A stretch of 61,921 bases of DNA, filler included, from Stramenopiles sp. TOSAG23-6 (GCA_900128565.1; 4 parts of 4 records of this genome joined end to end with filler, not necessarily neighbours in it); one strand, 5' to 3'. Shown: positions 21,172-33,746, counted from the first letter of the whole stretch. A program made the numbers and translations. Notes: a model not told the origin generated them from the letters alone.

Positions 21172-22527
21172 TTATGACTCAGCTGTGTTATCAACTGTTG
21201 CATTATAATCCTGAGATTGAATAGTCTCATCATTATAATCATTAGAATCATTGTATTTGTTTTTCAATAAAGTAGAACAACAACAACAACATGAAGATAA
21301 GAAAATTTGAATTCCAGTTTTTGCGGCATTTTCATTTTGTTTTGTTCTGACATCAACCACAGGTAACATTTTTAACGAATTATAAAGCATTTGAATAATG
21401 TAAGCACCAACGACTATACATATACCTATGAGGACAAAACTCAAGTCTTCTGGACCTCCCCAAAACTTTTCAAATAAGATAAAATCGTAGATACCGTGCA
21501 TTGCAACAGGAATGATGATGATTTTCCAAAATGGCATTTTTTCTTTTAAAAATTTTTTCTTTGCAAGAAAAGCACCAGTAATGATGGCCCAAAACGCATG
21601 AAGTTGAACGCAGCAGATGCCTCGAAGAAAAAGTATACTTCTTATATGATCATGACTACCTAATGCTTTACCTAATACAATAGAATCATGATAATACATA
21701 ACGTTCTCAACGCAGGCAAATGTAGTTCCAGCAATTAAAGCGTAGACTAACAATGCCTTATAGTCAACAACAAAAATATTCTTATAAAAGATCGCAATTG
21801 CACAATATTTTAGCAGTTCTTCGCCAAAGCCAGCTCCAACAAAAGCATTGAAAAATGACTTCCAAGTACATGATCCCATTGGTATTCCTATTGGACCATA
21901 TTCATGGTACCCTCGAAAGCCTAACAAACACATTGGCCCTTGCTCTTTAAACTGATTTTGTATTCCGAGTTTTTCATACATTTTTGCGCATTTTGGATCC
22001 CAACTTACTATCCATTGTTCTAAACCCGAACATCCCATGAAGTTATGTCCCAGAAATAATGGGATAACGAAAATAGTCGTAGTCATACAGACGAGAAGCG
22101 CAAGAGGTATGCTGACGGAAATTTCGTGTTTTTTTACAGCGTAAACAACACCCGTAAAGAGTGGAAGGAGAGCAGCAATTGTACCAATAACAACTGCAAA
22201 TTCGAATTGATTTTCGTTCAAAGCAAGATGAGAAGCGACAGCTGCAAGACCTATGAGACCGAAGAAATACACCCCCAGAACAAGCACAAATGGACCCACT
22301 TCGCCACATTCGCCAAATGCAGACTGGTAGTCAAATATGCGTTTTTTGCCAACACCAGCGGTACCATCTACTACATCAGCTACTTGTGTTGCTGGTACCG
22401 GCACCATGACTTTTTCTGATGTTGTATTACTTGTAGTTACAGCCTGTTTTTGTACACATTTTACATCAGGCATTACTGACGCAGTATTCATCTGATTATT
22501 CTTTATATTCGTTTCTGATGGATTCAT
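21172..22527 (-). CDS. PrsW-family intramembrane metalloprotease
   Basis: Multi-TM; GFGEELLKY, FACVENVMY, LHAFW, MHGIYDF motifs. Confidence 0.85.
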   Translation of the reverse strand: MNPSETNIKNNQMNTASVMPDVKCVQKQAVTTSNTTSEKVMVPVPATQVADVVDGTAGVGKKRIFDYQSAFGECGEVGPFVLVLGVYFFGLIGLAAVASHLALNENQFEFAVVIGTIAALLPLFTGVVYAVKKHEISVSIPLALLVCMTTTIFVIPLFLGHNFMGCSGLEQWIVSWDPKCAKMYEKLGIQNQFKEQGPMCLLGFRGYHEYGPIGIPMGSCTWKSFFNAFVGAGFGEELLKYCAIAIFYKNIFVVDYKALLVYALIAGTTFACVENVMYYHDSIVLGKALGSHDHIRSILFLRGICCVQLHAFWAIITGAFLAKKKFLKEKMPFWKIIIIPVAMHGIYDFILFEKFWGGPEDLSFVLIGICIVVGAYIIQMLYNSLKMLPVVDVRTKQNENAAKTGIQIFLSSCCCCCSTLLKNKYNDSNDYNDETIQSQDYNATVDNTAES

Positions 22528-23053
22528 TTTCTTTTAATTACACAACAAATATTGATTTGTACTCAAAGAAGAACTAACAAAAAATGTTTGAGGAACTCAA
22601 AACTACTAGCAAAACAGTTTACTGAGTTCCTCGCGAACTTCCGCCGAACTTCTCGGTGAACTCTCAACTGGACTGGCTCGAAATAGTTAACTACGGAATT
22701 TTGTACCAAAACACACAAAATCCGTTGATTTCATTCATATTTTCATCATATTTGTACCTTTTTATGTTACCCGGTAACCAAATCTGACAGTAACAATTGT
22801 GAACATTGTGAACCGACAATTATTATTGTGGGATGATGATACCAAGAATGAAAATTTAATCATCAACACACACATTTTTTTTATTTCTTTACAATTTCCA
22901 TCTTTTACCGTTCAAACATTTCATTTTTTTTTGTTTTTTTACCTTTTGTTTCTTGCTTTCAAAAATTCCAAAAATTCCTAAAAACAAAAAAACCTAAAAA
23001 CCAAAAAACCTAAGAAAAATATTTTTTTCCTCAAAATAATATCAGTTACGCTT

Positions 23054-24065
23054 TTACATATTAATACTTGAACTTTCTTTTAGTAAAGTATTCATTGATA
23101 CTTTAAGCTTTAATAACTCTGCTTCTTTTTTTTCAATCATTCTTTCCAGTTTTCTACGCTTTACAGATCGTCTGGATCTTGATTTGTCTGTATTGTGAAA
23201 AAATATTTAAAAAAAAAAAAAATGTTAGGTACAAAATTTCGTATGAAATGATTTTTTTTTAAATTTTTGTTAAAAAACATACATCTATCCACCATTGTAC
23301 ACAAATCAGGCCCAACGATGCCTTTAGAACTACTAAGTGGTATTTCATATGCTTCATCGGCGTTAAATGGTTTAATTTTATGATCTTTTCCTAAAATCTC
23401 CGGACAATGTATTTTGGAAACATATTTCAAATTTTTTTTTACCAAAAAAAAAAAAAAATTGTTAGGTACAAAATTTACTATAAAAAAAAAAAAAAAATCG
23501 ATTTTTTTGTAAAAAAAAAAAATAAAACAAACATGCAATGTGCCCTCACTAATAGATTTAATGCTATACAACAAATCATATGCTACTACTTCATTTATAG
23601 TGGAATCCTTCTTATATTTCGGATGTTCAGACACGAATTTCCGCATCCATGCTGCATTTGTGAGAAGCTCCCCAGTAGCCCTCATGACAATAAATTCCAA
23701 ATATTTGTTTACAGTAAGTCTAGTGGTATGTATTGTGAAAAAATATTTTTTTTGTTTTTTTGAGATTTTTAATTTTTTTTGTTTTTTTTTGTTAGGTACA
23801 AAATTTCGTACGAAAAAAAAAAATTAAATTCAAAATTGAAAAAAATGTAACATACACTATCACATTTGATGGTATCTAAATAAGCATGAATCAGAGGAAC
23901 AAAACCAGGGAAGAAGTTCCCTTTTCCAATGAGTATTTCGAGAGCAGTCATTTCAATTGAGCCATCATGTATTTTGGAAAAATATTTAAAAAAAAAATCT
24001 AAAAAAAATCGTTAGGTACAAAATTTCGTACGAAAAAAAAATTCGATTTTTTTTTTTTTTTTACC

Positions 24066-24096
<31 letters not shown>

Positions 24097-24724
24097 AAAC
24101 GTACATGGTCACTATGTATCGCACATTTTTTTATTCCTTTTTCCGATTTACATTCATTTTCAGATGGAGGCGCTAAATGTTTACGAAACCAAAATTTTTC
24201 TTTATTCACTGCATCAACGTTATACAATGTAGAAAAATATTTTTTTTGGTAAAATTTGTTAGGTACAAAATTTCGTATGAAAAATGTTTTAATTTTTTTT
24301 TTTTAGGAAAAAAAAACTACATGCGCTCTTTTAAGACTTTCATCAATCTTTGATATTGGTATATACATATTCAAATCGAATGCAAGAATAACACGAGATA
24401 CAAGAACTACAAAGACAGTAAATGCAGCATTTTCAAAGTCTGTTATTTGAGCTTCCATTGGTCGAAATTCTGTTCGCCATCCAATGTGATGATGTTTTTT
24501 CTGAGAATTCGTGTTTTCTTCATCCTCTGAATTATTTTTTGTTTTTTTTCGTTTTCTATTTTTTTCTACATAAGAGTCAACTGAAGAAATATCATCATCA
24601 GAATGATGAGAAGGAGTCGTTGGAGGTGAATCAGGCATATGATTGTTGTTCGACGCTGGTGGAGGTTTCCAACGGACAGTTTGCCAATTTGTAGACTGAA
24701 TATTTTCCCATGTATTGTGTAGAA

Positions 24725-24768
<44 letters not shown>

Positions 24769-26180
24769 TCGTTAGGTACAAAATTTCGTACGAAAAAAAT
24801 GTTTGGAAAAAAAAAAAAAAACATACAGTGATCAGAGTCTCGCTCGTCGTCTAGCTCAACACGCTCTTTAAACACAACTAATGGATCCCGGACGAAAAGA
24901 TGAGCAATATGAGCGGCTAAAACATCATCAACGCCACCTCGTTTCAACTCCTCTTTCACGTCTTCATCAATAGCAACTGGTACATCATTATAGCATTCAC
25001 TACATGTATTGTGAAAAATATTTTTTTTTTTTTGATTTTTTTTGTTAGGTACGGAATTTCGTACGAAAACCAAAAATAAAAATTAAAAAAAAAAATAAAA
25101 CATACATGAATGGATGTCTTTTCCTGCTTTATGGTTACATATAAAATGCGAAATAGAATCGTATCTAGACTTGTACAGACGTTTTTCACCAAATCCTGCC
25201 ATTTCTTTTTTAGATTTTGTTCCATTGAGTTGTACTGCAGGTGGAGAATGACTTCGAATAGCGGAGCAAGAATCACCAGCATAAATGCCACTCTCTTCAG
25301 GTGTGCGATCATCAACACTAGCAGCAATATAACGCCATCGAGCATCCGTATTGAGTAATTTCCCGCGCATGATAGGACATGCTGCTGTTAATGCCAACAT
25401 GACTGGAGCAAATACTGCTAAAGCATCATACAAATGGCGGGACTCTTGGATATCACAACATTGAAAAGTAACCTGCAGGCAACAGCAGCCCATGCCAAAC
25501 GCCATACAGTCCATGTGCACTTGACGATCACTTGGTGGAGTATTCGTATCTCGAAATACTGGAGCAGTAATATTTACACGACTACCTCGACGCATTCTAA
25601 TATTTTGTGTTAATGTTTTGAAACGAGGGTGAGGATTAATACACTCATCCGGAACATAAGCAGATTTTGAGTATTGACCAGGGACTTGTGCCTTGGGTAC
25701 TGTAAAGTCACCAACACCTAATAGCGGAAAGGCAACGGTAGATATCGCTGATTCATTGGGACGTAAAACTTTGATAAGTCGATTACGACGATTACGCATA
25801 TTACGTTCTACTGCAATGAGATCACTTGTGTAACCACCGTATGCAGTACGTGGTGTTGCTTCAACCATCCATGAACCGTATTCTACATGCCAGTTACACT
25901 CGCCCAGTAGAGCATCTTCTCTACCTCTTTGATTCTCCATGGTAGATAGTTCTTCAATTATTTCATGAGCACGTAAAGAAACGCGCACGCGCTTTTCTTC
26001 GTGGTCAAAAGCAACGATGTGATATTCAACTTCGTCACCCCACATAAGCACATCACCTTTGAGATTACGCATTCTACGCCAAATTGTCAAGAACTGTTGA
26101 ACACCGTGCTCACGAACATACTTTATCACGGATAGAGAATCATTCCATGGTAATGGAGTCCCTGTTTCAAGAAAACCCAT
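23054..26180 (-). CDS. GCLC: Glutamate-cysteine ligase catalytic subunit, 8 exons
   Basis: MGFLETGTPLPW, WGDEVEY, MDCMAFGMGCCCLQVTF, KSRYDS, ENIQSTNWQT, GWRTEFRPME; stop 23054 after removing 7 introns. Confidence 0.95.
23188..25105 (-). mobile_element. Seven introner-like introns in GCLC: 25004-25105, 24710-24826, 24222-24320, 23967-24104, 23728-23855, 23407-23532 (GT-AT) and 23188-23282 (GT-AG)
   Basis: Shared core TACGAAATTTTGTACCTAAC; removal gives HSCSECYND, DHWENIQ, RAHNVDAV, SDHDGSIEM, DSTTRLTV, LHCPEILG. Confidence 0.9.
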
Positions 26181-26573
26181 TTATATAATACAAGTTCTGA
26201 CAATGAATCACTAAAACAATACAACTTATTCTAGTGTGTTGTGCCACACAACTTGTGGAGAGAGATGATCGAAAACAAAAGATATAAGAAAAACACATGT
26301 TTTTTTCGTTCGTTTCTTGCGGTGGCCAAAAAAATAGCAAAGTTTTCGTGTTTTTAGTTAGTTCCGTCATTTTTTAATTTTTAAAAAAATTTTAAAAACG
26401 TATTCTTCGCGTATCTTCAATAGCTACTCGGCGGAACATATTATTACTACACATTCCCTCCTTCAGATTATGAACATTTCGATATTCTAACATTTCTGAA
26501 ACATTGTAAAAGACATCGTCTGACTAGAGATAAATTTGGTAACGTGAAATTAAATATCGCTATATAAAGTGAT

Positions 26574-27578
26574 ATGGAAAATAAGAAACTTGTTGCGTGT
26601 TACGAAAGTTCTATATTTGGCAATACACAGAAATATGGCATTCCGTTAGTGTTTGATCAACTTCAACTAATACAAAACATATTAGAAGAAGAGTTCGACA
26701 TAACAGAAGAAGAGTCGAACTGTGAAAAAAGGAAAACAATAATGAACATAGTAACGCTCATACGAAAAAATTTACAAAAACTCATATATCAACAACCAAA
26801 TACATTTAGAAGTAAATCAGTTAAACAGCAAAGGACGGCACAAAACATATTTGTGAAGTTAAAGAGTGTCGTGTCAACATTATTTCTAAAGTATGAAACG
26901 GAATTTTCACATCTAAACAATGACAACATAAGTAAAATAATCGAAACAATAATTCGAGAAAGCATAATGACAGTAGCACATACAATTGATCCAATTCCGT
27001 ATTTACTAAACGCCGGATTGTATAAAGCAAAAGGAAGCATCAAAGGTAGAAGATGTCCTTGTTTAGATTGCCAAGAAAGTAGTAAAAAAATACACGATGC
27101 AAAACAAATTCAAAAGAAAATACTGAATCCAGCATATATAATAAAACAATATAAACCACAGAAAGATCCATTTCCAATATGGTATATATATTCTAACCCA
27201 GACGATATTCATGGCTATAAAACTGAAGAAAAAAAGAAAAGTCTTCATGTAAAAAATCCAGAAATATGGGGATATGATCCTACAAAGCGAATAGGATATA
27301 GAGTCCGACACAAAATAACAAAAAAATTTCCTGTATTTGGTGAAGGAGTTTTTGAAAAATATAAAGGAGCAAGACGAGTCTACATAAATGCATTAAACAA
27401 AATTGAACTAAACAATTTAGTCTTTAGTCAACTTAATTATGAACATCAAAAAAAGTTACGTGAATATATCAAACTAATGATAAACCGTAGCAAGCTATGT
27501 GTTCCCGACAGTGGGTGGGTCGGACATGGCCAAACATATACCTATGGTCATGCCAAGCCAAGTTTTTTTGAAGTGTGA
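26574..27578 (+). CDS. Hypothetical protein
   Basis: 334-aa ATG-initiated ORF with CPCLDC; no family recognised. Confidence 0.65.
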   Translation: MENKKLVACYESSIFGNTQKYGIPLVFDQLQLIQNILEEEFDITEEESNCEKRKTIMNIVTLIRKNLQKLIYQQPNTFRSKSVKQQRTAQNIFVKLKSVVSTLFLKYETEFSHLNNDNISKIIETIIRESIMTVAHTIDPIPYLLNAGLYKAKGSIKGRRCPCLDCQESSKKIHDAKQIQKKILNPAYIIKQYKPQKDPFPIWYIYSNPDDIHGYKTEEKKKSLHVKNPEIWGYDPTKRIGYRVRHKITKKFPVFGEGVFEKYKGARRVYINALNKIELNNLVFSQLNYEHQKKLREYIKLMINRSKLCVPDSGWVGHGQTYTYGHAKPSFFEV

Positions 27579-27994
27579 ATCAATATGTTAAACAACTTCA
27601 ATATAAATTAAATATATCTGGGGGGTTTTTTCTTGATATATTATTATTTCACTTATATGGCACCATATATCAACATATGCAGTGTGTCGGGCGCTATTCT
27701 TTTCCTTGATAGTTTTTGTGTTTGTACTTCCTTCAAGATTTTGATTATGCTTCAAAATTCAAAATATTTTCATGCCGCGTCCCATGGCATTTGTTTTATA
27801 TAATTATTTAAAATCGTCTTCCATAAGAGAGTTTTATCACTGGTTGAACTTGTTATGAAAAAAAACAGGATTTTTTTTTGGATTTATTTCGAATTTTTCG
27901 TCGAATTTGACAAGCTTGAAGCATCCTCCTAAAACTACTATAGTGTTGACAAGAATGCAGTAATTAGATAAAATGCGTTGACTTACGAAATTTA

Positions 27995-29114
27995 ATGTCG
28001 GAAGTCGGAGTTGCCGCTATCACCAAGTCTTCAGATCCATATTACGGGGCGCGAGATAGTATCCAAGTGTCACTTCTCGATGCTGAGCGGAACTGCAGTG
28101 AGTTACAGTCTCTACTGAGTTCTTTACAATCATCTTCGAGTTCACGAGATACTGTTGTCCCAAAACTGAACTCAGCATCATTGCAAAGTGCCAAAGAAAT
28201 GACTACATCGATATGCTCTGAAGTGGCTCATTTAGAGGTTTCTCGTCAGGAGCTTTCTCGTGCAGTCTCGATGGCAAAAAAAGTAGAAAAGGAAGAAAGC
28301 AATGAAAAATTTCGTCATCTGGATGCCTTGGAAATTAGTACCCGTGAAAGTTTCATGCGTGATTTGAAATTTCGAATTGAAGAAATGAATCATGTACTTG
28401 ATAAAGCAACTACATTCCTCGATGCTGCCGAGGAATCGTTTACATCGGGTGGAGTACAAGATTCATTTGCCAATAAACATTTCAATGCATTGAAAACAGT
28501 CAGTCATAAAAACACGATAAACAGCAATCATAGTAATAATAGTACCCATATGCATTCTTCTTCCCCGTATGGAATATTTGATAAAAAGATAACAATGGAT
28601 GATTGGGATGATGAAGAAGAAACTTCTGGACTCATTCCTGTCATGACAAAAGACCATCGTCGGAATTTATTTGGACATGTTGACACGTGTATGTTTTCAT
28701 CATGAATTTATGAATTTATTTTTTTTTTTATTTTTTCGTACGAAATTTCGTACCTAACGAATTTTTTCCACCCATTTTTTTTTCCACAGTACATCTGATT
28801 CACACTTAGCTGTAGGTGGAGGACGTCAATGTATTGTCGATTTAGAGATGCAGCAAAATGAACATTTGAGTAAAATGTCTGATGCTCTACATCGTATTGG
28901 TGGTTCTGCATTAGCCATTGGAATAGAGCTCGATGAGCACAAGAAAATTGTGGATACCCTTGAAGACGACGTTGATACAACACAGATGATGATGGATCGA
29001 GGCTTAGGCAAAGTGAAGGATTTGTTAGATACCGACTCAAATTGTCATATCACCATTATATTTGCTCTCATAGCCATTGCAATACTTCTTATTATAGCAA
29101 TAGTTTTTTATTAA
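27995..29114 (+). CDS. Qc-SNARE, syntaxin-6/10/61-like, 2 exons
   Basis: DPYYGARDSI N-terminus, SNARE motif QNEHLSKMSDALHRIG...IGIELDEH, C-terminal TM. Confidence 0.85.
28689..28794 (+). mobile_element. Introner-like intron in syntaxin (GT-AT; in-frame GT-AG alternative 28687-28789)
   Basis: GTATGT...GTACGAAATTTCGTACCTAAC...TTCCACAGTACAT. Confidence 0.8.
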
Positions 29115-29208
29115 GTTTTAAGTATGCTTTAATTTATAAATAACCAAAAACAAAAAAGTAAAAGAAGTGGTTGCTTATATTTGGAGATTTTCAATTCTTT
29201 TCTTAAAC

Positions 29209-29682
29209 TCAGTCAACAATATTTATCGCTGGACCCTCTTCCACACGTTCAAGAGTTTTGTGTGTTATATCTGTTACTATATCTGATGTTGCATTAGTTA
29301 CTGACACGTCAGGAGTTTTTTCATTTGTCTTATTTTCACAGGAAACAACAGCGCTTTCCTTGCTTTTAAGCTGCTGAACCTGATACTCAAAGCTCGTAAT
29401 GCACTCAACAGCGGCTTGCAAAATTGAACCTTTATCTCGCTTTCCAACATCCCATCCAAAATCATCTAGTGTAGCCTTCATTTCCTTCATAAGTACATTA
29501 ATTTGTTTTGTTCGTTTTCGTTCCACTTCACGATGTAACGCTTTACTTTCCTCTACCGTACGTCGTCTCTTACGACCGACTTTTTTTTTCTCAGGTGGAG
29601 TGCCGACTGGAATCACTTTACCATCGCCTGTCGCCATGACAGGTAATGGTTCTGGAGGTGGGGGAGGCAGAGGGGAGGACAT
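29209..29682 (-). CDS. bHLH transcription factor
   Basis: HREVERKRTKQIN...DKGSILQAAVECI. Confidence 0.85.
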   Translation of the reverse strand: MSSPLPPPPPEPLPVMATGDGKVIPVGTPPEKKKVGRKRRRTVEESKALHREVERKRTKQINVLMKEMKATLDDFGWDVGKRDKGSILQAAVECITSFEYQVQQLKSKESAVVSCENKTNEKTPDVSVTNATSDIVTDITHKTLERVEEGPAINIVD

Positions 29683-29782
29683 GTATTCTATACGATTACT
29701 CTTTTAATCTAATATAATACACATTTGTGAAACACCATTGGGTAGACTGTGGCAGATTGAGTACGTAATTACTAATTTTGAT

Positions 29783-29813
<31 letters not shown>

Positions 29814-29823
29814 CAACAACAAC
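29783..29823. repeat. (CAA)n microsatellite
   Basis: Imperfect AAC/CAA run. Confidence 0.9.
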
Positions 29824-30068
29824 TCAAAGGGACTTGGACTTCTAAAAAAAAAAGCCCTAACCCTTGGCAAAAATTCTTATAGGAGATTGATCACAAAAAT
29901 GGTACAAATTTTCTTACTTAAAAAATATAGCTATTTTTCACTTCGGTTACATTTTTTTCATGGTAAAATTAGTAAGCCCTCCATATCAAACAAATCAATA
30001 TCAACAAATTTGAATTACTTGTAGCAAATTTCATTGAAAACCAAACAAATTAGCATATACAAGGAATC

Positions 30069-30914
30069 ATGGATACAGAAGGTGGTGTTGCAGAGGAAAA
30101 AGGTTCTTCTTCCCCTCGCGTTTCAGCTCAAGTCTCTTCCGTCGTTCAAAAGAATGTCGGAATTCGTGTTTATCCTCCCGCCCTCGATTTCGTTGGTGTT
30201 GAATTTGGACCTCTTTACGTTATGACAGTGTCTGTTCAAAACACAGACTCAAAAGTGCGAAGAATACGCATAAAACCACCCACATCAAAGTTTTTTCGCT
30301 TAGCTTATTTTCCAAATACAGCAGTAGCCCCAGGTCTAGACGCTGAATTTGAAGTTGAATTTCAAGCCTTAGTCGAACAAGATTATCATGACTCATTAGT
30401 TGTTTATTCTGGTGATGATGAAATAGAAATTCCTTTACATGCATATACCCCAGCACCCAATATTGAGTTTGAAACATTTTGTGATCTTGGTGTGGTCGTT
30501 CTTGGTAATAAAATCTCAAAATTTGTTGAATTTACTAATTTTGGACATCGACAAGGTGAAATTTCGATCGAGTGCGACGATACTAACTTTATTATATCAC
30601 CGACGAAATTTGTGATCGGTCCTAAAGGTCATTTCATTGATCAAGATAAAGACGGTCGTATGGAAGAGGATGAATGGGTTGATTTCCCACGTGATCAATG
30701 GTCTCAAAAAATTCGTGTTGAAATTGTTGGACAAGATATTGGGCCATTGAGGGCTTTAGCACAAATCAAAGTAAAAGGCGTTGATGGTTCCCGGGTTCTT
30801 GATATGAATGCTGAAATTGTCGATCAACGACTTGAGCTAGTCCCGACTGGAGGTGGAGGAGGAAAGGCCGTCACATCAATTCCATTTGGTATCATGTATT
30901 TTGGGGAGAGTCGT
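30069..30914 (+). CDS. CFAP47-like ASH/Ig-fold ciliary protein, first exon, 3' partial
   Basis: IRVYPPALDF...VSVQN...RIRIKPP...VAPGL...EIPLHAYTP; family intron donor at 30915. Confidence 0.75.
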
Positions 30915-30968
30915 GTATGTTTTATATGAATTTCTAATTTAATTTTTTTTTTTTGGTTTTCATACGAA

Positions 30969-31068
30969 NNNNNNNNNNNNNNNNNNNNNNNNNNNNNNNN
31001 NNNNNNNNNNNNTTAATTAATTAANNNNNNNNNNNNNNNNNNNNNNNNNNNNNNNNNNNNNNNNNNNN
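30969..31068. other. Artificial contig linker
   Basis: N-run + TTAATTAATTAA + N-run. Confidence 0.97.
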
Positions 31069-32713
31069 AATATTTCAAAAAAAAAAAACTTAAATTTGTT
31101 AGGTACAAAATTTCGTACGAAAAAACATCCGAATTTGAAAAAAATAAAACATACATGCTTGAGAATCAATAATATTTTTACATAAAATAGTTTTTGTGTT
31201 TTTTGTAGTATTGCAATTATCAAGTTGAATCATATTTGTATTATCAGACATTATATTTTTTTCATTGTTTGTGTTTTTTGTAGTATTGCAATTGTCAAGT
31301 TGAATCATATTTTGATCGCCATTCCTAAAATGACGCTGCGTACGCAAAAACTCTTGTGCTATATCAGGTTGTTCAAATCCATCAATTTGTTTCTTTTTAC
31401 AATCCGGGCAAGTAATGTGAAAAATATTTTTGTTTTTCGTTAGTAAAAGAAATTCGTTAGGTACAAGATTTTCATACAAAAAATAAAAAAAAATTAAAAA
31501 TGATGAAAACATACAAAACCAATCGCCTTTGGGTAAACTAACGAGAATTGGTTGTAAACAAAACATATGAAACCCTCTATCACATTTATCACATAAAAGC
31601 AGTGAATCATCGTCGCTATCATGTATTTTGAAAAATATTTCCAAAAAAAAAACTTAAATTTGTTAGGTACAAAATTTCGTACGAAAAAAAATCGATTTTT
31701 TTGTTTAGGTACAAAATTTCGTACGAAAAAAAATCGATTTTTTTGTAAAAAAAAAAAATAAAACATACATCTACAATTTTACATATATGACATTTCGCTG
31801 CACCGAACGCCAATTCTAAGAGAGCAAATTTCACTGGATTTCGTGCGAGTTTTGGTAATGATTTTTTTACCATTTTGGTTAACTTTTCGGTTTGATCATC
31901 TGATCGAATCACTTTTTTTAATTTTGGTCCAATTCGAAATTCTATATTTTCAGGATTTTTCATTGGTTTTTGATTCTGACTAAAACTAAAACAAAAATTT
32001 CTTTCTTTGTGCCATCTTGAAATCATTTGAGAAATTTGATTTCGTCTAAGAGTTACTTCGATTTCAGTAATATCAGGTGGGCCAGGTACCCTTCCTCGTC
32101 CATTGCTACTTTGTATTGTGTCATATATCTTTTGTTGTTTTTGATCATATATCTTTTGTTGTTTTTGATCATATATCTTTTGATGTTTTTGATCTTCGGT
32201 CCATCCGTCTATATCAATTGTGTAATCGTCACATACAAAAACTTCAGCAAATCCATTTGTTTGACGAGGTTTAACAAGTCGCCAATTATAGAAATAACGT
32301 AGTGCTGAATGTGAGAAATATTCAGAATTTGCAAAATTATGCGAAAGAAGACAACCATCTGCATAATCGACAGTATACTTTTGGTTACCGTGGCTTGCGA
32401 TCACTCGACCTACGTACATGTATTTTGGAAAAATATTTCAAAAAAAAAAAACGTTAGGTACAAAATTTCGTAAAAAAAAATAAATTCGAAATTGAAAAAA
32501 AATAAAACATACCAACATTTTTCTGCAACCCAATGTACACTAACAACATGGTCAAGAATATTCAAAACATCTTCTCCAGAACAATAACCTTCGGACAACT
32601 CTCTTTTTTGATACTCGACACACGTACTGTGAAAAAATATTTCAATTTTTTTTTGTTAGGTACTAAATGTCGTATGAAAAAAACATTACATTAGAAATTC
32701 ATATAAAACATAC
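31069..32713 (-). mobile_element. Introner-like introns in Tudor/PHD gene: 32622-32713 (GT-GT), 32418-32512 (GT-AT), 31621-31768 (GT-AT), 31410-31514 (GT-TT), partial 31069-31154
   Basis: Shared core and 3' box; removal restores Tudor WY.G and PHD cysteine spacing. Confidence 0.87.
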
Positions 32714-33746
32714 TTTGTTTGTACGCTTTTTTTTTTCTTTCTTCGCGAGCAGCTTTTATAGCTTTACGTTTTATCTTTGCTCTATAGCTTTGCGAGGAAT
32801 TATGGATGAACCGTTTCGCATATTTACATCTAATCGGCTGTGTCTTCCTTCGTGTTTTATTTTTTTGTTTCCTATTTTTTGAGGAGAGTGACCACCAAGC
32901 CCCAAGGTTAGTACCAACATCACCAGTTCCAGTAGATGTCTCACATTCCCAAAGCTTACCTGGATATGAATCTATGCCAACGTTTATACGAAATAAATTG
33001 TTTTCAAAATGAGTGAGGACACCTCCATGGACCAGTTTTTCTATGAGCGTCACTTGTCCCATAGCCTCCTTTGCTGCATGTAAAGCAATAGATGCAGATT
33101 TTCTTGCTTCAATGCTAGATGGCGAATCGGGTAGTGGAGGTGGTACACACTCATCTGAACTACTTGTGAGACGTCTCTTTTTCTTTCGTTTTTTAGAACT
33201 TGAGGATTGCCTCCTCTTCCTCTTCTTAATCTTTTTACTATTTGATTGTAACGGTATTTCTGTTTTGTCGAGTTCGTTCCTCTCCTTCTTAATATTTTTA
33301 CTATTTGATTGTAACGATATATCTGTTTTGTCGAGTTCGTTGAGTTTGTAGAGCACTTTTCGACATTTTCCTTCTGCTAAGTTATTCTGCAGCGACAATA
33401 ATTGCTCATGAGTCAAATTCTGCTTTTCGGTATTATCTGCTAAGCTATTCTCCAGCGACAATTCATCGTTTTTGATCTCCAAATTATTCATTGTTTCGTT
33501 ATTTTGTTTCTTTTTTGCACTCCGCTGAATTCTCTTCATCATTTCTGCTTCTTTTTTTATGTATTGGGCAAAAACACCTAATTCTATGTCACCGTCGTCG
33601 TATGCAATGTCAAATACAGTGCGGGTACTACCTTTATATGTTTTTATATTGCGGATGTTTATTATCTTCCCTGCATAGTACCCTTTTAGCTTCTTCCATC
33701 TAGCATACACGCGATCGCCATCTTTGTGAGAGGTTCTATTCTTCAT
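31155..33746 (-). CDS. Tudor-Tudor-PHD chromatin reader, 3' partial (exons 33746-32714, 32621-32513, 32417-31769, 31620-31515, 31409-31155)
   Basis: GDRVYARW..YYAGKI..YDDGD; VHWVAEKCWYVGRV..YTVDYADG; CHIC...LLLCDKCDRGFHMFCLQP...GDWFCPDC. Confidence 0.88.

Noticed and set aside
25004-25107. Reading the family as U12-type AT-AC introns
   Set aside because: No ATATCCTT donor or TCCTTAAC branch; the 2-nt shift breaks conserved residues at 24826 (His), 32512 (Trp) and 37832 (Leu)
26574-27578. Possible transposase mobilising the introners
   Set aside because: No DDE, HUH or tyrosine-recombinase motif recognised and no flanking terminal repeats
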